NCBI RefSeq assembly: GCF_006345805.1
Contig: NC_043006.1
Coordinates: forward strand, 9,362,001-9,426,000
Reading direction: 5' to 3'
DNA from: Octopus sinensis
Lineage: Eukaryota
DNA: 64,000 nt
The notes beneath the pieces were generated by a model. That model was given only the letters and a program-made list of their open reading frames with translations. It ran no database searches and was not told the DNA's origin. Positions within the stretch are counted from its first letter, which is position 1. The number at the start of each line of letters is the position of its first letter. Below are positions 14,775 through 28,260 of the stretch, in pieces. Position numbers and translations under genes: made by a program.

Positions 14775-15168
14775 TTAGCAGTATCACCCGGCGTTGCTCG
14801 GGTTTGTAAGGGAAATAACTATATAAGCATTTTTAGAGATGTAAAGTATAATAGCCATATTGAGATGGCTAACCACAAAGGGGGGTGTTAATGTAGCTTT
14901 TTACGTTCTGAGATTTAATAATAATTTTTTAGAGAGTTACTTCCCTTATATATGCCAAAAATGCATTAAAAATGGGAAAAATTGATGGTAATTTTTTTTT
15001 TAATGGTAGACTCATCGTAGACGCGCGCTAATACCCAGAAGGGCTCGATATGAATCACGACTATAAGATACCCGGTTTTGGTTAAACTGCACCGCAAATT
15101 GTGGGAGTAGTTAGGAATCTAAATCGTAGGAGACAGACAGCACACAACCTCACTTTTATATATAAAGA
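14775..15168 (-). mobile_element. Non-autonomous Helitron (~395 bp)
   Basis: Minus strand 5'-TCTTTATATATAAAAG ... hairpin CCCGAGCAACGCCGGG ... CTAA-3' (CTRR), inserted between A and T; near-identical to 44073-44471. Confidence 0.85.
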
Positions 15169-15925
15169 TATAACACAAGATTTCTATTACATATAAACAA
15201 AATTTCACTTTCTTTAATCACCTCATCCATTCTAATACGTAACTGCAGACCTTGTATTAATTCTTGCTATAAACTAGTATTCAATCTATGTGGGAATTAT
15301 ATCTCCTCTCTCTCTATTTCTCTCTTCCTCATTACTACATTAATATCATTAATACAAGAACTATCAACTAGTCTCAAGTGTCGTCATGCTTTTGCTTGAG
15401 AAACGAAAGATGCTTTTATTTTCTCGATTCAGATACCCAATAGTTGTTTGGTGTTAGAATAGTGATATCAGAGATTTCAAATTAATATCCGACTGGGAAT
15501 TGAAAGCTGAACTTGTGTTAAATGATATTAGATATTTTAAAAGAGATATGTTTATTCTAGATGGAATCTAAATCATTTCATCGATCCTTAATTCCTAAAC
15601 GCAATGAATCGTCTGCGAAACCCAAACAGCTGTACGGTAAATGTTTACCTCTGGTATTTACATAGAATCAACAAATTCGAACGAAAAACAATGTAATGCC
15701 AATAGAAATAATCGCCGTGGAATGTGTTACAAATGGCTTGAACTTTTGAAAATGCCTTCGGTATTCTATGAAATGAAAAGTAGAAAGGAAAGAAATATGT
15801 GACAAAATATGTATGCAGGTAAAAAAATTGTAAATCAGTAAAATAAACAGAGAAAATTTCATTCTTTTTTTTTTTTGATCGAATCTAATACCACGTGTTA
15901 GTTAATTGAATCTTTATTGTTATAA

Positions 15926-16080
15926 TGTTGTAATTGTATTGTTGTGATTTTGGAGGCTCGTCTTTTCTCCTTTTTAATTCGATTTCTACATGCTGCAACG
16001 AGTTCAGTATTTAAAGAATATTTATTCACTTTAAATTTCGAAGTTTAAAACTTTAAAAGTTTATTAAAAACCTATAGGGA
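15926..16080 (+). repeat. ~155-bp direct repeat, copy 1 (copy 2 at 17183-17338)
   Basis: TGTTGTAATTGTATTGTTGT...TTTAAAAGTTTATTAAAAAC present twice with scattered substitutions. Confidence 0.9.
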
Positions 16081-17657
16081 ATTTGGATAGACCCAGCCTT
16101 CTCGCTAAAATGATTTTTTCCGCTACTCTAAACCTTGAAGTAAAACCTAAGTACTCGTTTGAAAATTATGGTTGATGGGTATTTTCGCTGATGTCGACTT
16201 AAAATATACAGCTATATTTATTTTGTAAACCACTTTGGTAGAAAGAAAACTGCACCCAGTTTGGGGGCAGTTAGTATAATTCAGCAGGCTTTTTTGCGGG
16301 TATTTAGTTTATTATGTAAGTCATAGCACGTTTATATCCAAGTACAGAAATATCAAAAATAATAAGAGATCAACCTATACTGAGAGATTTACAAAGTATA
16401 GTTGCATATTTTGCAGAATATTTGGGTTAAGCTATTCGACATTCAATTTTTCTGTCCTTGAGCACTTTATTAGAAATAAACCAACGAAAATGGAACATTA
16501 TATCCAAATATATAAGTATTCCTCTGTTGCTGCAATGACAACAGTTTTCGATTTATTCTATAGAAATAAAATCATAGTTTATGCAATAGGAAACTTAAGA
16601 AATATTGTTACATTAAAACAACTATTAATAGAAGACCCTGAAGATAAGTTTTACTATAAACAATTTTGTGCTTCTCAATAGTAATAGAAATACTACACAC
16701 ACCAGTTTGGTTATTATGAGTTGATATAATCTCGTAGGGGAAAAAAGGCAAAATGTAACAATGACTGACCATTCCAGCATTTCTACCTTCGTTTATTTCT
16801 ACCGCCTATTTTATGCAATTTTCAGCCTTTTCATTCATCATCACAAGCATCATCAGGGAACTAAAACAACCAATAGGAAATTGAACTTTGGACACGAGAA
16901 ATCTGCTCGTATGAGAGTGTGTGATTTTATGAAGGTATATTTGTGTGCGTGTATCCATATTTGTATGTATGAATAAATGTATATATGTGTGTATATGTGT
17001 ATGTATGTAGAGAATATATGTGAACTGGAAAACGCAGCATATAGCCAAATGTTCCTGCCTAGTAGTAAATTCTACTTTTCACTCTTGTAGCCAGTATGGA
17101 TAGATGAAAGACATGAAACCACCGAATATCCTAATTGATGGATTACGAATCACGTATTTATACATACATATATGTGTGTATGTGTTGTAATTGTATTGTT
17201 GTAATTTTGGAATCTCGCCATTTCTCTTTTTTAATTCGATTTCTACATGCTGAAACAAGTTCAGTATTTAAAGAATATTTATTCACTTTAAATTTTAAAC
17301 TTTAAAACTTTAAAAGTTTATTAAAAACATATAGAGAAGTTGTGTGTGTGTGTGTGTGTGTGCGTGCGCGTGAGCACGTGTTTCAGCTAATGTCATCCAT
17401 GAAATAAGATTGTGCATTTTCACCTACTTTATGACGTAAAACCGTAAATACTAAATATGTTTTATACACCATACACTCATGCACATGTCTACGCACTCAC
17501 AAATGTATAAGTATATATTTGCTTGTTTGTTGGTGTGTGATTGTATGTGTGTGTGTGTGTTTGTAGACATCTGCATGAGTTTTCCTTCTCTGAGCGCCTT
17601 CTTAAGACGTTTCATGTGTTACATTTTCACACTTTATACACACACACACACACACAC

Positions 17658-17719
<62 letters not shown>

Positions 17720-17723
<4 letters not shown>

Positions 17724-18138
17724 TGCGAACATAATCAAAAAGGGTAATAACATAGGTTATTATTACCAGTAGCCTAGCACAAAAGACGAATTCGTCATTA
17801 GACAAAATATTATTAATATACAAATACAATAAAATGCTCCCAAATAAGGAAGCTTAGTGCTAGAGACACAAAGAGGGATACATTCATGGAGAGAATGAAA
17901 ATCAAAAACATTTACCATTAACGATATATCCCGGACTGATCAGAATTAGGAAGGTCCCACTGACAAACCTTGCCTTGGCAAACATATTCTGTCTGTTTTG
18001 CTAGAAAGAGGCAGAAACTGATCAGTCCGGGATATATCGTTAATGGTAAAAGTTTTTGATTTCACTCTCTCTACGAATTTAGCCCTCTTTGTGTCTCTAG
18101 CACTAAGCTTCCTTATTTGGGAGCCTTTTATTATATTT
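17720..18138. mobile_element. Inverted-repeat element in (TA)n, putative PLE terminus
   Basis: Arms 17822-17943 and 18018-18138 are reverse complements; ~100-bp extension on the left only; HHR-like motif spans the spacer. Confidence 0.75.
17954..18033 (+). ncRNA. Degenerate minimal hammerhead ribozyme motif
   Basis: GTCCCA-CTGACAA (G8A)-two short hairpins-GAAA-CTGATCAG-TC-CGGGAT; palindromic stem III and GUC cleavage triplet. Confidence 0.55.
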
Positions 18139-18168
18139 CTATATATATATATAATTATATAATATATA

Positions 18169-18216
<48 letters not shown>

Positions 18217-18217
18217 A

Positions 18218-18264
<47 letters not shown>

Positions 18265-18267
<3 letters not shown>

Positions 18268-18624
18268 AAAAAAGGAGATGTGGAACACGAGTTGTGATAT
18301 ATAAAAAAAGGAAATGAAGAAAATGCAGACAAAATAATTTAAGTAAGGGAGAGTGTATTTAATTAGGTGAAAGTTGTTTTTACCGGTTGCGCATTTTTCA
18401 TGCTGATCAAAAGATATTTTTTAAGAGAGATAGAGTTCCTTTCTGATAGATTTTTTCTCTTATCAGATAAGAGAAAGAAATCTATCAGAAAGGAACTCTA
18501 TCTCTCTTAAAAAAATATATTTTGATAAGCATAACAAATGCGCAACCGGTAAAAAGAACTTTCACCTAATTAAATACACTCTCCCATACTTAAATTATTT
18601 TGTCAGCATTTTCTTCATTTCCTT

Positions 18625-18625
<1 letters not shown>
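18265..18625. mobile_element. ~320-bp near-perfect palindrome in (TA)n with left-side tail
   Basis: 18307-18625 is self-complementary about 18465 (CTCTTATC-A-GATAAGAG); 18265-18306 is unpaired. Confidence 0.85.
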
Positions 18626-18689
<64 letters not shown>

Positions 18690-19119
18690 CATAATATATA
18701 TATATATATATATATCGAAAAATACTCCCCCATCACTAATGTTCTGACGTCGACTACATAACTTTTCATAAATTTTCTGTTCACATGATTTTGAAACCGC
18801 GCAATTAATGATAATTAGATTGGGCATTGTCCGGCGAAATAGTGGCTGGGGCATTGTTTTCGGTTGACACTGCTCCACCCATTGGGATGTCCAGTCTTTG
18901 GAAACTTTTGAAACAAGAACTCCTTTCGTCTTGGTCGTTTTTCTTCTAGCGCTGACGTGAGCCGCTCAAGATGTTCCCACTAGAATTCCTTTGTTATCAT
19001 TTGGTGTGAGTTTAAAAGTTCAAAAAGGACTAAACCTTTCATATCCCATGAAACAGATAACAAAACCTTACGTGAAGGTCCCATGTTGTGACAGGAGTGA
19101 AACACTCCTGTCACAACCT

Positions 19120-19163
19120 GGGACCTTGAAGACTGCTTTAATGCAAGAAAGTATACTAGTCCC
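19120..19163 (+). ncRNA. Minimal hammerhead ribozyme motif with 1-nt core insertion
   Basis: GGGAC-CTTGAAGA-CTGC TTTAAT GCAA-GAAA-GTATAC-TA-GTCCC; stem I GGGAC/GTCCC is perfect and stem III AGTATACT is palindromic. Confidence 0.65.
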
Positions 19164-19336
19164 TTAATATTTTATATTCAATATTTCATCTATTCAATAA
19201 GACAATCAATACTTTATTTCATTTTACTATATGTATATACTATTTATACTATATATTCTATGTTCTACATTAACATTATTAGGAATATAAATAAAACATT
19301 AAAAAACCGAGTTGGAATTCCTTTGAATAATATGTT

Positions 19337-19394
<58 letters not shown>

Positions 19395-20271
19395 TGTGTA
19401 TACATATTGCACATGAACTTTACTACGATAAATACATATATACATACATGAGTACAGATAAACAGCGTTCGGCCTTTATACTGTTCTCTTCGTCAGAATT
19501 TGATTAGTTTCCACAAGGCTTTCATAAAAGCCCAGGTTAATATTTGACACGTAGGAATGTATTGGCGAAACAAATTTCTTTAACACATTGCCATATCTTT
19601 TAGACTGCTACACACATAGTTACTACCCAAAGCCTCAACAAGAAAACATCAGGAAGTATTTCTAAATTCTTAAACAAAATGTTAGAATGTTCAATGGTTG
19701 TAGAAACTATAGAGATTCAATGGCACGATCTTGTCTTCAGCAGAAAACTAATGGATAGAAACTGACAGTTGAAGTTTATCGCAGCAATAATATTACGCAT
19801 GAACTTAGACACCGGAATTGCAGGTCAGACAAAGGCGGTCAGACACAACGACACATGCGTATTCACATCAGGAAGATGAAAACGATAATGCTACTTCACT
19901 CTAAGACTTGACGTAACAGAATATTGTATTTGTAAAACAATGTGAAATACGATACACAAATGTTTTACAGTCTCTTTTCGTTGATAAACATGACATGGTT
20001 GAAAGGAAAGATACTCATGATTTATACAAATGTGTAAAGCGCCATCTCCTTAGCAGGACTACGATACAACAGTTGAAGTCAGATCGAATAACAAACAGCA
20101 AACATAAATGTACCTGTGTGTCTACGTGCGTATGTAAATTGTAAATTTACATATACACATATAGGAATACGTACATATGCATACACACACGCATGTACCT
20201 GACTGTATGTGCGCTTATACACACACACACACACACATACACACACACATATATATATATATATATAATAT

Positions 20272-20302
<31 letters not shown>

Positions 20303-20303
20303 G

Positions 20304-20331
<28 letters not shown>

Positions 20332-20337
<6 letters not shown>

Positions 20338-20487
20338 GAGTTTACGAAAAAAACAACAAAAGTCGAAGTCAGGTGGTGTACAAAACAAACAGATGTATTA
20401 GTATAAAGCTCAGGAATAGAAAAAGTCTTTTACGTTTCGAGCCTACGCTCTTCTACAGAAAAGGACACAGAAAAAACAAGGAGAGAC
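20332..20487 (-). mobile_element. Short microsatellite-embedded element with HHR-like motif (20427-20462)
   Basis: Minus strand TTTT-CTGTAGA-A-GAGC GTAG GCTC-GAAA-CG-TA-AAAG; flanked by (GA)n and (TA)n. Confidence 0.55.
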
Positions 20488-21477
20488 ATATATATATATT
20501 ATATATATATATATATATAATATATATATATATACGTGTGTGTCTGTGTGCTTGTGTGTGGGGAGGTATATACACGTATACAAATGTGTGTGAGCATATA
20601 TACACGTGTATGCATACATTTAAGTATGTGTATATCTTTCTATCTTTCCATCTCTCCTACTTTGTAAACAATATATTAGGGATGGGTATACTACGACTGC
20701 ATTTAGCTGATTCCGGTTTTCACATTAGTAAACGAGAACAACTTTAAACGATGGGATGATACACACTATCTGATGCGGGAATAGATCCAACTACCCAATT
20801 ATATCGTAATTGGCTACACGCATTTACCATAACCCTATTCACATTTTACCGATCTTTAATATGAGAGAGATATAAATGAAGACACATTAACACTACACAG
20901 TAGGTGTGCGGGAATGTGACGATGATAAATTTAAATGATGAATGAAGAAATAGAGTGAAAGCGTCACCTGAAGGAATGTATCATGTCCACTTTACGTCTC
21001 GTTAGAGAAGTCTTCCTTCACAAATACACTCGCACAGCAACAACAAAAACAACAACAACACTCAGGACAAGAAATCGTCAACACCATCGCTCATTGAGTA
21101 AATATAATGAAATAGTTACTTCTCGTACTAGTTACACTCAGGTTCGTACATACGCACACTCTCTTATTCATACACACACACTCAGAGGCGCACATACCTT
21201 TTACCTTTTTGCCTTCCCCATATTTCGGGATGGTCATTCCTTTTCTTGCCAACATTACTGTTCCAGTCTTATGTCCATTGTCTGGAAATCTTCCCTAATA
21301 CACAACTGTAACCTCTTCAGAGAATATCCATCCCGCATATTTCCCGCTGTTCTATTTAGCCCATTTCAACACACGATTTGACATCAGGATTCTTGCAAAA
21401 AGATTCATAGACGCATAACGTATATACACATACATATATGTATGCATGCACATATATATATACATATATATATATAC

Positions 21478-21557
<80 letters not shown>

Positions 21558-21877
21558 TACGTTTGTATATACATTTGCATACACACACACACACTTATAA
21601 AAACACATACAAAAGTACGTATATATTGTATGTATTTCGAGTAGAATACAGACGGGCGTAAATATCACAATTAGGGCACAGCATAATTAGTTTGAACAGC
21701 AGTTTCATTAAGAATTAAGATCAATAATTCTGTAATTACGTAACTAAAATTCATAACTAATTACTATGAATCTATGCGAGTCGAATTCTATTCAGAATCA
21801 TCAGAAATACTGCTTAAGCTAGTCATCAGCTGATGCAAGCTTAAAGATATATTTATGCATGTGTGCGCAAATATATG

Positions 21878-21969
21878 ATAATAATAATAAAAATAATAAT
21901 AATATAATAATAATAATAATAATAATAAAAATAAAATAATAATATAATAATAATAATAATAATAATAAC

Positions 21970-22002
<33 letters not shown>

Positions 22003-22003
22003 T

Positions 22004-22034
<31 letters not shown>

Positions 22035-22060
22035 TAATATAATAATAAAAATAATAATAA

Positions 22061-22101
<41 letters not shown>

Positions 22102-22115
22102 TAATAATAATAATG

Positions 22116-22160
<45 letters not shown>

Positions 22161-22264
22161 TAATAATATAATAATAATAATATAATAATAATAATAATAA
22201 TAATATAAAAATAATAATAATAATATATAATAATAATAAAAATAATAATGATAATAATAATATA

Positions 22265-22308
<44 letters not shown>

Positions 22309-22319
22309 TAATAATGATA

Positions 22320-22355
<36 letters not shown>

Positions 22356-22360
22356 TAATA

Positions 22361-22410
<50 letters not shown>

Positions 22411-22418
22411 TAATAATG

Positions 22419-22455
<37 letters not shown>

Positions 22456-22512
22456 TAATAATGATAATAATAATAATAATAATAATAATATAATAATAAA
22501 AATAATAATATA

Positions 22513-22557
<45 letters not shown>

Positions 22558-22561
22558 TAAA

Positions 22562-22608
<47 letters not shown>

Positions 22609-22730
22609 TAATAATGATAATAATAATAATATTAATAATAATAATAATGAAGATGATGATGATGATGATGATGATAATGATGATGATGATGATGATGATG
22701 ACGACGACGATGATGATGATGATGATAATT
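21878..22730. repeat. ~850-bp (TAA)n tract grading into (GAT)n
   Basis: Direct inspection; source of the spurious 324-aa ORF. Confidence 0.97.
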
Positions 22731-23339
22731 TATTAAGTAACAAGTAGATGGATTTGTTATTAATTTTTATTTTATAAAACCTGTTACTGTCCCTTATTGG
22801 TGGGACTCCGTTCAACATGTGTTGCATACATTCTGCAGTCTGGGTCTCATGGTGTACAATCAGAGCTAAAGCTCTGTCTCACTAAAAATCTTGACTTTTG
22901 GCTATCTCGCTGTTATATTCCCGTCTGGTTAGGGAAATAAACATTGCTACAATTTCAATTACTGTTATCCTTCAATAAGAATTGTAAATATGTGTTAATA
23001 TACAGAAATAACTGTTGATAAAAACAAAAATTAGTGCATAGCTGGATAGTGATGGATAGAATTACATTGGATTTAATAGAAAGGAATGGTACTAGAGAAA
23101 GAAGGGGGAGATATATTCAGGCTAGAATATCTAGGGGGTCAAAGGTTGCTTATCTAGCTAGCTTAGGTCGCAATGCGTATGTATATATATAGGCTACATT
23201 CAGAGGAGACAAACAATGATAGACAAACGGATTAAGTCGATTATATCGACCCCAGTGTGTAACTGGTACTTATTTAATCGTCCATCAACTATCACCGAAT
23301 ACCTGCAGCCAGCCATTAAAAAAAATGGAAAAACCAGAT

Positions 23340-23735
23340 CCGTTGCGGCCGATGGGGTAAAAGGGTCACAGCCGCTTTTAACTCTTCCCAATCGACCGCT
23401 GGCGATACCCTTACCTGGGGGTAACCAACATACCCAGGCTCTTAATTTCCTCCCGCAGTACGACGGGAGAATAGAATTTCGTTGTCCTCCAAGGGCTGGC
23501 TCGCAAAATTGCGAGCCTCCTCCAGGGTGTCAAACATCAACCATACGGCTGCATGCTTGACACCGCGGGATATGTATTTCACAGAGGACAAATAATCTTT
23601 CAGTTCTTTTTCTATAGTTGGTTTTGGGAACACGGTGATGGTATCAAGAACTTTAGAGTAAGTTCTAATCACTACCGTCCCCTCCTCCATATCTTTTAAC
23701 CACTGCCTGGGTGGGATAATTTCATTATTCTCTTT
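23340..23735 (-). pseudogene. L1/Tx1-like ORF1 fragment
   Basis: KYISRGVKHAAVWLMFDTLEEARNFASQPLEDNEIL aligns by eye with TYLARGKKFGTIEVRLKDIETAQMHSVKSLQTEDVVL at 57.2 kb. Confidence 0.55.
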
Positions 23736-23765
23736 AACCCGTGCAACGCCGGGTATTTCTGCTAG
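23736..23765 (+). mobile_element. Helitron 3' terminus
   Basis: ACCCGTGCAACGCCGGGT hairpin followed by ATTTCTG-CTAG|T. Confidence 0.7.
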
Positions 23766-24042
23766 TATGTGTGTGTGTGTGAACGTGTGTGTATTTGTGT
23801 GTGTATTTGTGTGTGTGTATGTGTGTGTGCGTGTGTGTATCATGCATGATAACTGATTATGATAAGCCTCCGTGGAGATACGATCCCTTCTATTTCTTCA
23901 GTTATGCATATTGATACAATCTCGTGTAAAAGATCACACGAATTATTTATGAATAATGATATTCGAAGTGAAGTGTTACTGAAGCTGTTCTAACAATTAT
24001 CAAATCTTTATCTCCATCTTTATTTTTGCTTTACATATTATT

Positions 24043-24200
24043 GCAGGAGTGACTGTGTGGCAAGCAGCTTGCTTCCTAACGAAATGGTTACGGGTTCATT
24101 CCAAGTGCGTATTTCCTTGGGCAAGTTTGTTGTACTATAGCTCCGGGTTAGCCAAAGCCTTATGAGTGAGTTTCGTATACGGAAATTGAAAGAAGCCCGT
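24043..24200 (+). mobile_element. SINE family A, 5' half
   Basis: GCAGGAGTGACTGTGTGG...CCTTGGGCAAG...GGAAATTGAAAGAAGCCCGT, running into microsatellite. Confidence 0.75.
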
Positions 24201-24266
<66 letters not shown>

Positions 24267-24696
24267 AACGTGTGTGTATTTGTGTGTGTGTGTGTGTGTG
24301 TGTGTGTATGAATATTTATATAAGTGTGTTATACCTGCATATATATATATATATATATATATGTATGCATATATATATGTATATATATATACATATATAT
24401 ATAAGTTTTATGTATATACGGATTATATATTTATAGTTTATAGAAACGTAGATGTGTGTTTGTGTGTATGCATATAGTTGTAAATCTTACCTTTACTAAT
24501 GTACAGATTCATAATTTGCAATATTCCAATGTATTTTATTGGGTTAATAACACCCCATTTAATTCCTGTGCATGATGCCATAGATAATTAAGAACGCCGT
24601 GTTTCAGTACGTGAGGATTTATATCTATGCATACAAAAATATACACACATATATACATGCATATATGTGTATATATACATACATACATACATATAT

Positions 24697-24756
<60 letters not shown>

Positions 24757-25367
24757 CTTCCATACATACATACACATGTGTATGCATGCATGTGTGTATA
24801 TATGTATGTGTATGTATGCGAGTTTGCAATGTCGATTATATATGTATGCATACGTTTATGCCATACCTATTTAGTTGTTTGTTTTTGTGTGTCTAGCTAC
24901 ATGCTGATTGTAATTTAATTTAGTAAAACGCTTGAGAAGCGTTAGGATTGGCTGTTATCCAGTAAAATGAGATCTCCTTAATATTATTGTGTATTCTATT
25001 TCAGTGAAACACATAATACACATTTAGAATAGAATTATTTCGTTCCATTGTTAATCTACTCAATTAAATTATATGATCTGCAATTTTTTTTTGTTTCTTT
25101 ATATCGTTATTCTTTACCCTGCTATTATAATTTGAAATGATGAGTATTTTTTTTCACGATATTATCGTATTTTCTTACGTAGATTGTGATTTAATATTTT
25201 CTATCCCTGAGTCATTGAAATACAGACTATTGTTAAAAGGCACTTGTTTCCTATATTTCGTTGTTTTCTCACACCTTTTACCGCTTCCGTTTCAATTAAA
25301 TTAGTATTTTCCCTTTTTTGCATTATTATTATTATTATTATTATCATTATTATTATTATTATTATCA

Positions 25368-25401
<34 letters not shown>

Positions 25402-25467
25402 CATCATTATTATTATTATTATTATTTTTATTATCATTATTATCAATATTATTATTATTATTATCGC

Positions 25468-25529
<62 letters not shown>

Positions 25530-26427
25530 GTAGTAGTAGTAGTTGTAGTAGTAGTACTAGTAGTAGTTGTTGTTGTTGTTGTTGTTACTCAATAACATTT
25601 ACTGGTAGAGTGATAGCATTGTTATGGATAGTCTTGGTAGCAGAATATTTGGATCTGTGTCTGCTGTTGGTGGTAGTTTCGATGGCGAGTGTGCAATGTT
25701 TTTAGTGCTGATGACGTAGTTTAAGAGCTGCTGCTGGAAGTACTAGATTTGCATTTATTCCTTGCTAGTTTGCTAAGGTAAGAGGACGAGCTGTTAGTGT
25801 TTTGCACTCAACAATCGTAAGATCAAATTCTCGGTTTCTGAACCGGGTTGTGCGATGTGTTCTTAAGTAAACACTTCAGTTCACGTTACATCCGTCCAAT
25901 CAGCTGTAAATGAAATCCGGCAATATCTTGGGAGTTATAAACCGAATGAACCATTGTTCGGTTTAGGGTGGAGATTCGTAATCTAAAGTACGTTTACACC
26001 ATTGAAACAGAGTCAAGTTTGCGTCATATGAAACAGACCTGATATTGAATTAGATACCATGTAAGCTAGGTTTAGCACCAAACATTTAGGATCAATTTTT
26101 TTTTTCTTTACTGGTTGTAGTAGAATCGGTAGAAATGTTCATAGTGACAGATGAATTGGTAGTTTTTTCGCTAACGACGGAAGTTTGTGCAACAGTTGTG
26201 ATAGTAGTTTTGGTACCCCCTTGATATATCAGACATACCAGTCAAGTGTTTTTCATAGCAAGAATGCCATTACCGTTGCTGGCGCCGGTATTTGTGTTTC
26301 TGTTGGTGCAAGCCCTCATACTGTCATTTCCGTAGCGTTGTGTTTATGCTGTAGCGATGTTGCTCGCCTCATAATAAAGTATTGTTCAGCTGGCGAATGC
26401 AGGGAAAATTCAATCGTTGTTAGATTC

Positions 26428-26820
26428 ATATTTCTTTTTTCCCACAAGGTGCTACACACAGAAGGGACAAACAAGGATAGACAAACGTATTAAGTCGATT
26501 ATATCGACCCCAGTGTGTAACTGGTAGTTATTTAATCGACCCCGAAAGTATGAAAGGCAAAGTCGACCTCGGCGCAATTTGAACTCACAACGTAAAGACA
26601 GACGAAATACATATTTCTTTACTACCCACAAGGGGTTAAACACACAAGCGTATTAAGTCGAATATATCGACTCCAGTGTGTAACTGGTACTTATTTAATC
26701 GACTCCGAAAGGATGAAAGGCAAAGTCAAACTCGGTGGAATTTGAATTCAGAACGTAGCGGCAAACGAAATACCGCTAAGCATTTCGCCCGCCGTCCTAA
26801 CGATTCTGCCAGCTCGCCAT
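26428..26820 (-). mobile_element. SINE family B with internal tandem duplication
   Basis: Two consecutive copies of TATTAAGTCGA..ATATCGAC.CCAGTGTGTAACTGGTA...GAAAGGCAAAGTC; reverse complement of 63174-63410. Confidence 0.85.
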
Positions 26821-28223
26821 CTTAATCGTTGTTAATTTCTTTGCTACTCTTATTCTCGTTCTTGTCATCTTAAAATAGCAACAACACTGTTGGCCCGACT
26901 TATTTTGAAGCATGTAAAAACTATGAAACATAATACAATGTTTCTTTACTCAAAAACATTCCTCTGTAGTTTGAGGGAATTTCATCGAAATTATATTCAG
27001 GTGGGTTGGCTGGTACAAGCTCCATTATTGGATCAATATCCCTTTTATGTTTTGCTATTGCAGCGTTGTTGTTGTTGTTTTTGTTGTTTTTGTTGTTTTT
27101 GTTGTTGTTGTTGTTGCTGTTTCGTTATATAGCTTTAAGCTACAACTGCAAATCTTCTTTTCGTGATTGTAATGAAAATTGCGATGGTTGCACTGCTGCA
27201 GGTGATGTGGCTGGAAAAGAATAATTGTGGCGGGCAAGGGTGAAGTAGGTTGTGGTGTTTATGGAATTGTTCAACAACATTTTTCTTTGCATAGTTCTTT
27301 AAAGCTAGGAGATGCTTTTGTGAGAAATATATAACTGATTTCCAAAATAGACATATGTTATATATCACCATTATGTAGATTTTTAAATGTCTGGCATTTC
27401 ACCATTTCTCTGTTGGCATTGCTTACCATTCTCACTGGCAGTTGAATAAATACTTGGAGAAAGTTAATAAATTTATTGATGAAAGTTCAATTGCTTAAAT
27501 TAACTACAATTCAGCAAACCTGGCACCAATTTTGGCTTACATCGAACGCATCCTCAGTCTCACTCCAGGTTTAGAAATGAGGAAGAATAAATAAACAAAA
27601 CAAAATAAACACATACAATTACATGCACAAGCACAGCCATAAACAGACATCGACACACGTATAAGCATGCATCACAAAATAAGTGTTTTGCTATGCGTAA
27701 AACAAAGAATATTGAAAGAATAAAGGTCATAATACATGGATAGAATATAAAATCTATCACGATTTAACTACATCAGACTACGAAGTTTTCAGACTTTCTG
27801 ACTTATTATTCAAATGAGGAAATCTGCAAAGACGCAGACATGTACGCACAGATATACACAGCATATATATATATTCTTGTATACTTTTTTTTCTTTATTT
27901 GTTTCAGGCATTAAACTGCGGCCATGTCGGAGCACCGCCTTTAGTCGAACAAATCAGCCCCAGGACTTGTTCTTTGTAACTCTAGTGCTTAATCTATCTT
28001 TCTTTTACGAGGAGATAAACACACCAAATTCGGTTGTTAGACAATGGTAGTGGGGATACAGACACACAAGTACATACATACATATATTCATACATACATA
28101 CATACATACATACATACATACATACATACATACATACATACATACATACATACATACGTACGTACATACGTACGTACATACACATATATATATATATATA
28201 TACCTAGATACATAAATAAATAA

Positions 28224-28255
<32 letters not shown>

Positions 28256-28260
28256 TATAT

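Noticed and set aside
19820-19890. GQTQRHMRIHI (and IEEHQK near 2890), GIY-YIG-like snippets
   Set aside because: Too short and lacking surrounding motifs; a profile search would be needed.
21690-21850. Two CTGATGA boxes on the minus strand
   Set aside because: The nearest GAAA is far away with no convincing stems I or II.
21853-22827. 324-aa ORF, the longest in the track
   Set aside because: It is a translation of the (TAA)n/(GAT)n tract (poly-L/Y/I/S).
25769-25777. 9-nt microexon-like TAG|TTTGCTAAG|GTAAGA
   Set aside because: It abuts a degenerate SINE head and such matches are expected by chance in 64 kb.
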